A stretch of 64,000 bases of DNA from Macrostomum lignano (taxonomy: Eukaryota), in the NCBI GenBank assembly GCA_002269645.1, contig NIVC01000471.1, positions 124,001-188,000 on the forward strand. The letters run 5' to 3'. Position 1 is the stretch's first letter, and each line of letters opens with the position of its first letter. The notes below the pieces were generated by a model that saw nothing but the letters and a program-made list of their open reading frames with translations, made no database searches and had not been told where the DNA came from. A program made the translations under genes and the position numbers. Shown one piece after another: positions 61,570-64,000 of this stretch.

Positions 61570-63085
61570 TGATGAGATAAGAGTGAAAAGGAGAAGGAAT
61601 AGACTATAAGAAGAGAGGAGAAGCGAGAGGAGGATAAGAGAAAAGATAGAAGACAAGAAGAGACATGATGGGGTAAGGATAAGGAGTGAGCAGATAATAT
61701 TGGAGTAAGAAGCGAGAGGAGGGGAGAGAGAAGAGAGAGGAAAGAGTAGAAGTGAGAAGAGGGAGAGAGAAGATGGGAGAGATGAGACAGGATCGATGAC
61801 AGAGGAGAGCAGAGAAGAGTGAGAAGAGAGTAGAGATGAGAGATGAAGGAGGAGAGAGCAGAGTGCAGAAAGGCGAGAGAAGAGAATAGAGGGGAGAGAG
61901 TATAGAAGAGAGAAGAGAAGAGGAGTAAGGAAAGAGAGTAATCAGAGGAGGGTAAAGAGAAGAGTACACTGAAGATTGGAGAGTACAGATGGCAGAAAAG
62001 AGAGGGGATGAGAGTGAACACGATATCTGAGAGGAGAGAGGAGAGAGGAGTCAGATGAGGGGAAAGAGAAGAGTACAGAGGAGAGAGGTGAGAACATACG
62101 AGTATACGAGAGTAAAGATGACAGATGAGAGAGGGAAGATAAGACTAAGAGAGCAAAGACGAGAGTGAACACACGAGAGATGGGAGAGTAGAGAGAAAAG
62201 AGGATAGATAAGAAATAAGAGATGAGAGATGAAAGGTGAGACAAAGGGAGAGAGAGAGAGAGAGAAGTGAGTGAGGAAAGAGGAGGGGAGGGGAGAGAAT
62301 CGAGAGGACAGGGGAAAGAGGGGAAAGGATGAGAGAGGGGTGAGGAGAGAGAGGGAGAGATAGAGGTAGAGAGCATGCAGAGAGAAATGAGAAGAGATAA
62401 GAGAGAAAATATAAAAGAAGAGAAAGGTGAGATAGATAAGAGAGCAAAGACGAGAGAGGAGAGGTGAAGGAAGAGACGATAGAAGAGAGGAGAGAGAGAC
62501 GAGAGAGTACAGAGTACAGAGGAGGGAGGAGAGGAGAAAGGAGAGAGGAGAAGTGTTCGGAGAGGGTAGAGTAAGGAGTGAGAAGAGGGGAGAGGGAAGA
62601 GAGAATAGAGAGTGGAGAGCAGAGAGAAGATAGTAGAGAGCAGAGAGAAGATAGTAGAGAGCAGAGAGAAGATAATGCAGATCGAGCAGAGGGAAGATAG
62701 AGTAGAGAGCAGAGAGAAGAGAGAGTAGAGAGCAGAGAGAAAATAGAGTAGAGAGGAGAGAGTAGAGAGCAGAGAGAAGATAATGCAGATCGAGCAGAGG
62801 GAAGATAGAGTAGAGAGCAGAGAGAAGAGAGAGTAGAGAGCAGAGAGAAAATAGAGTAGAGAGGAGAGAGTAGAGAGCAGAGAGAAGACAGAATATAGAG
62901 CAGAGAGAAATGGGAAGAGATAAAACAGGAGAAAGGGAGAGATAAGAGAGCAGAGACGAGAGAGGAGAGGAGAGGAGAGAAAATAATAAGAGGGAATAGA
63001 CGAGAGAAGAGGGGTTAGAAGAGAGAGAGAAGAGACCATAGACCAGAGAAGAGAGAAAACAGAAGAGAAGGTAGAGATAGAAGTT
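61570..63085. repeat. GA-rich polypurine low-complexity tract with internal repeats
   Basis: Direct inspection. Confidence 0.9.
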
Positions 63086-63357
63086 TCTAAGGATCCAACT
63101 TCAAAGGGACAAGGAGAGGCAGAGGCCATGAGTTTGCCTGACATTCTGTGCAGCACCCCAACCAACAATATTAATGTTTGCTTCAAATACTAATTGTACA
63201 TGAATGTACTCAATTTTATGTTTAACTCTATCCTAAATTCCTAACTATTAAAATGTTTTTGTTTAAGTATGGGCTCAGATTTCAGAACACATGCAAAAAT
63301 AGTTCCGGGGGTTGGAATTCCCCGGGTTCAAATTCCGCGGGTTTCAACAGCTTGTCC

Positions 63358-63875
63358 CACTTAAATCCAAAGATAATTCCAAAGAAACCGTACTTGAATC
63401 CTAAGGGAATCCCAAAGAAATCGTACTTGAATCCTAAGGGAATCCCAAAGAAATCGTACTTGAATCCTAAGGGAATCCCAAGGAAATCGTACTTGAATCC
63501 TAAGGGAATCCCAAGGAAATCGTACTTGAATCCTAAGGGAATCCAAGGAAATCGTACTTGAATCCTAAGGGAATCCCAAGGAAATCGTACTTGAATCCTA
63601 AGGGAATCCCAAGGAAATCGTACTTGAATCCTAAGGGAATCCCAAGGAAATCGTACTTGAATCCTAAGGGAATCCCAAGGAAATCGTACTTGAATCCTAA
63701 GGGAATCCCAAGGAAATCGTACTTGAATCCTAAGGGAATCCCAAGGAAATCGTACTTGAATCCTAAGGGAATCCCAAGGAAATCGTACTTGAATCCTAAG
63801 GAAATCCCAAGGAAATCGTACTTGAATCCTAAGGGAATCCCAAGGAAATCGTACTTGAATCCTAAAGGAATCACA
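63358..63875. repeat. 33-bp minisatellite, same family as 59310..59820
   Basis: Direct tandem repeat. Confidence 0.95.
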
Positions 63876-64000
63876 AAAAATTAGTGGAAAACTCCAGAAA
63901 GTCCTAATTAACGTAATTCCTACGAAATTGTATTGCAATCGGTAAGAAAATATTGGTAACCCTAATAATAGAATCCCAAGCTAAATTTTAAGAAAATCCT

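Overview
This is a repeat-rich animal (eukaryotic) window, and most long ORFs in the supplied track are translations of intronic minisatellites. The style (GC-rich exons with Ala/Gly tracts, introns packed with minisatellites, a USP gene) suggests a free-living flatworm such as Macrostomum; this is inference only. Four spliced genes can be rebuilt by hand: eIF1/SUI1 (+, 2 coding exons), a universal stress protein (-, 2 exons), Groucho/TLE (-, 11 exons including a 14-nt micro-exon), and the 5' part of a dysferlin/myoferlin-type ferlin (+, 9 exons, continuing past the window). There is also a broken Mab-21/cGAS-like nucleotidyltransferase gene. Mobile elements include a near-intact LOA/Lian-like LINE with RNase H inside a Groucho intron, a decayed piggyBac transposase preceded by a 0.5-kb foldback, a deleted Ty3/Gypsy element, a MITE, inverted tRNA-SINEs, Helitron-like tandem units and about 20 tandem arrays. 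The most notable items are the LINE (TAATG stop-start junction, (TAG)n tail, insertion at a TTAGGG-containing repeat), the cGAS-like relic, the USP splice acceptor formed by satellite DNA, and inverted SINEs bracketing two ferlin exons.
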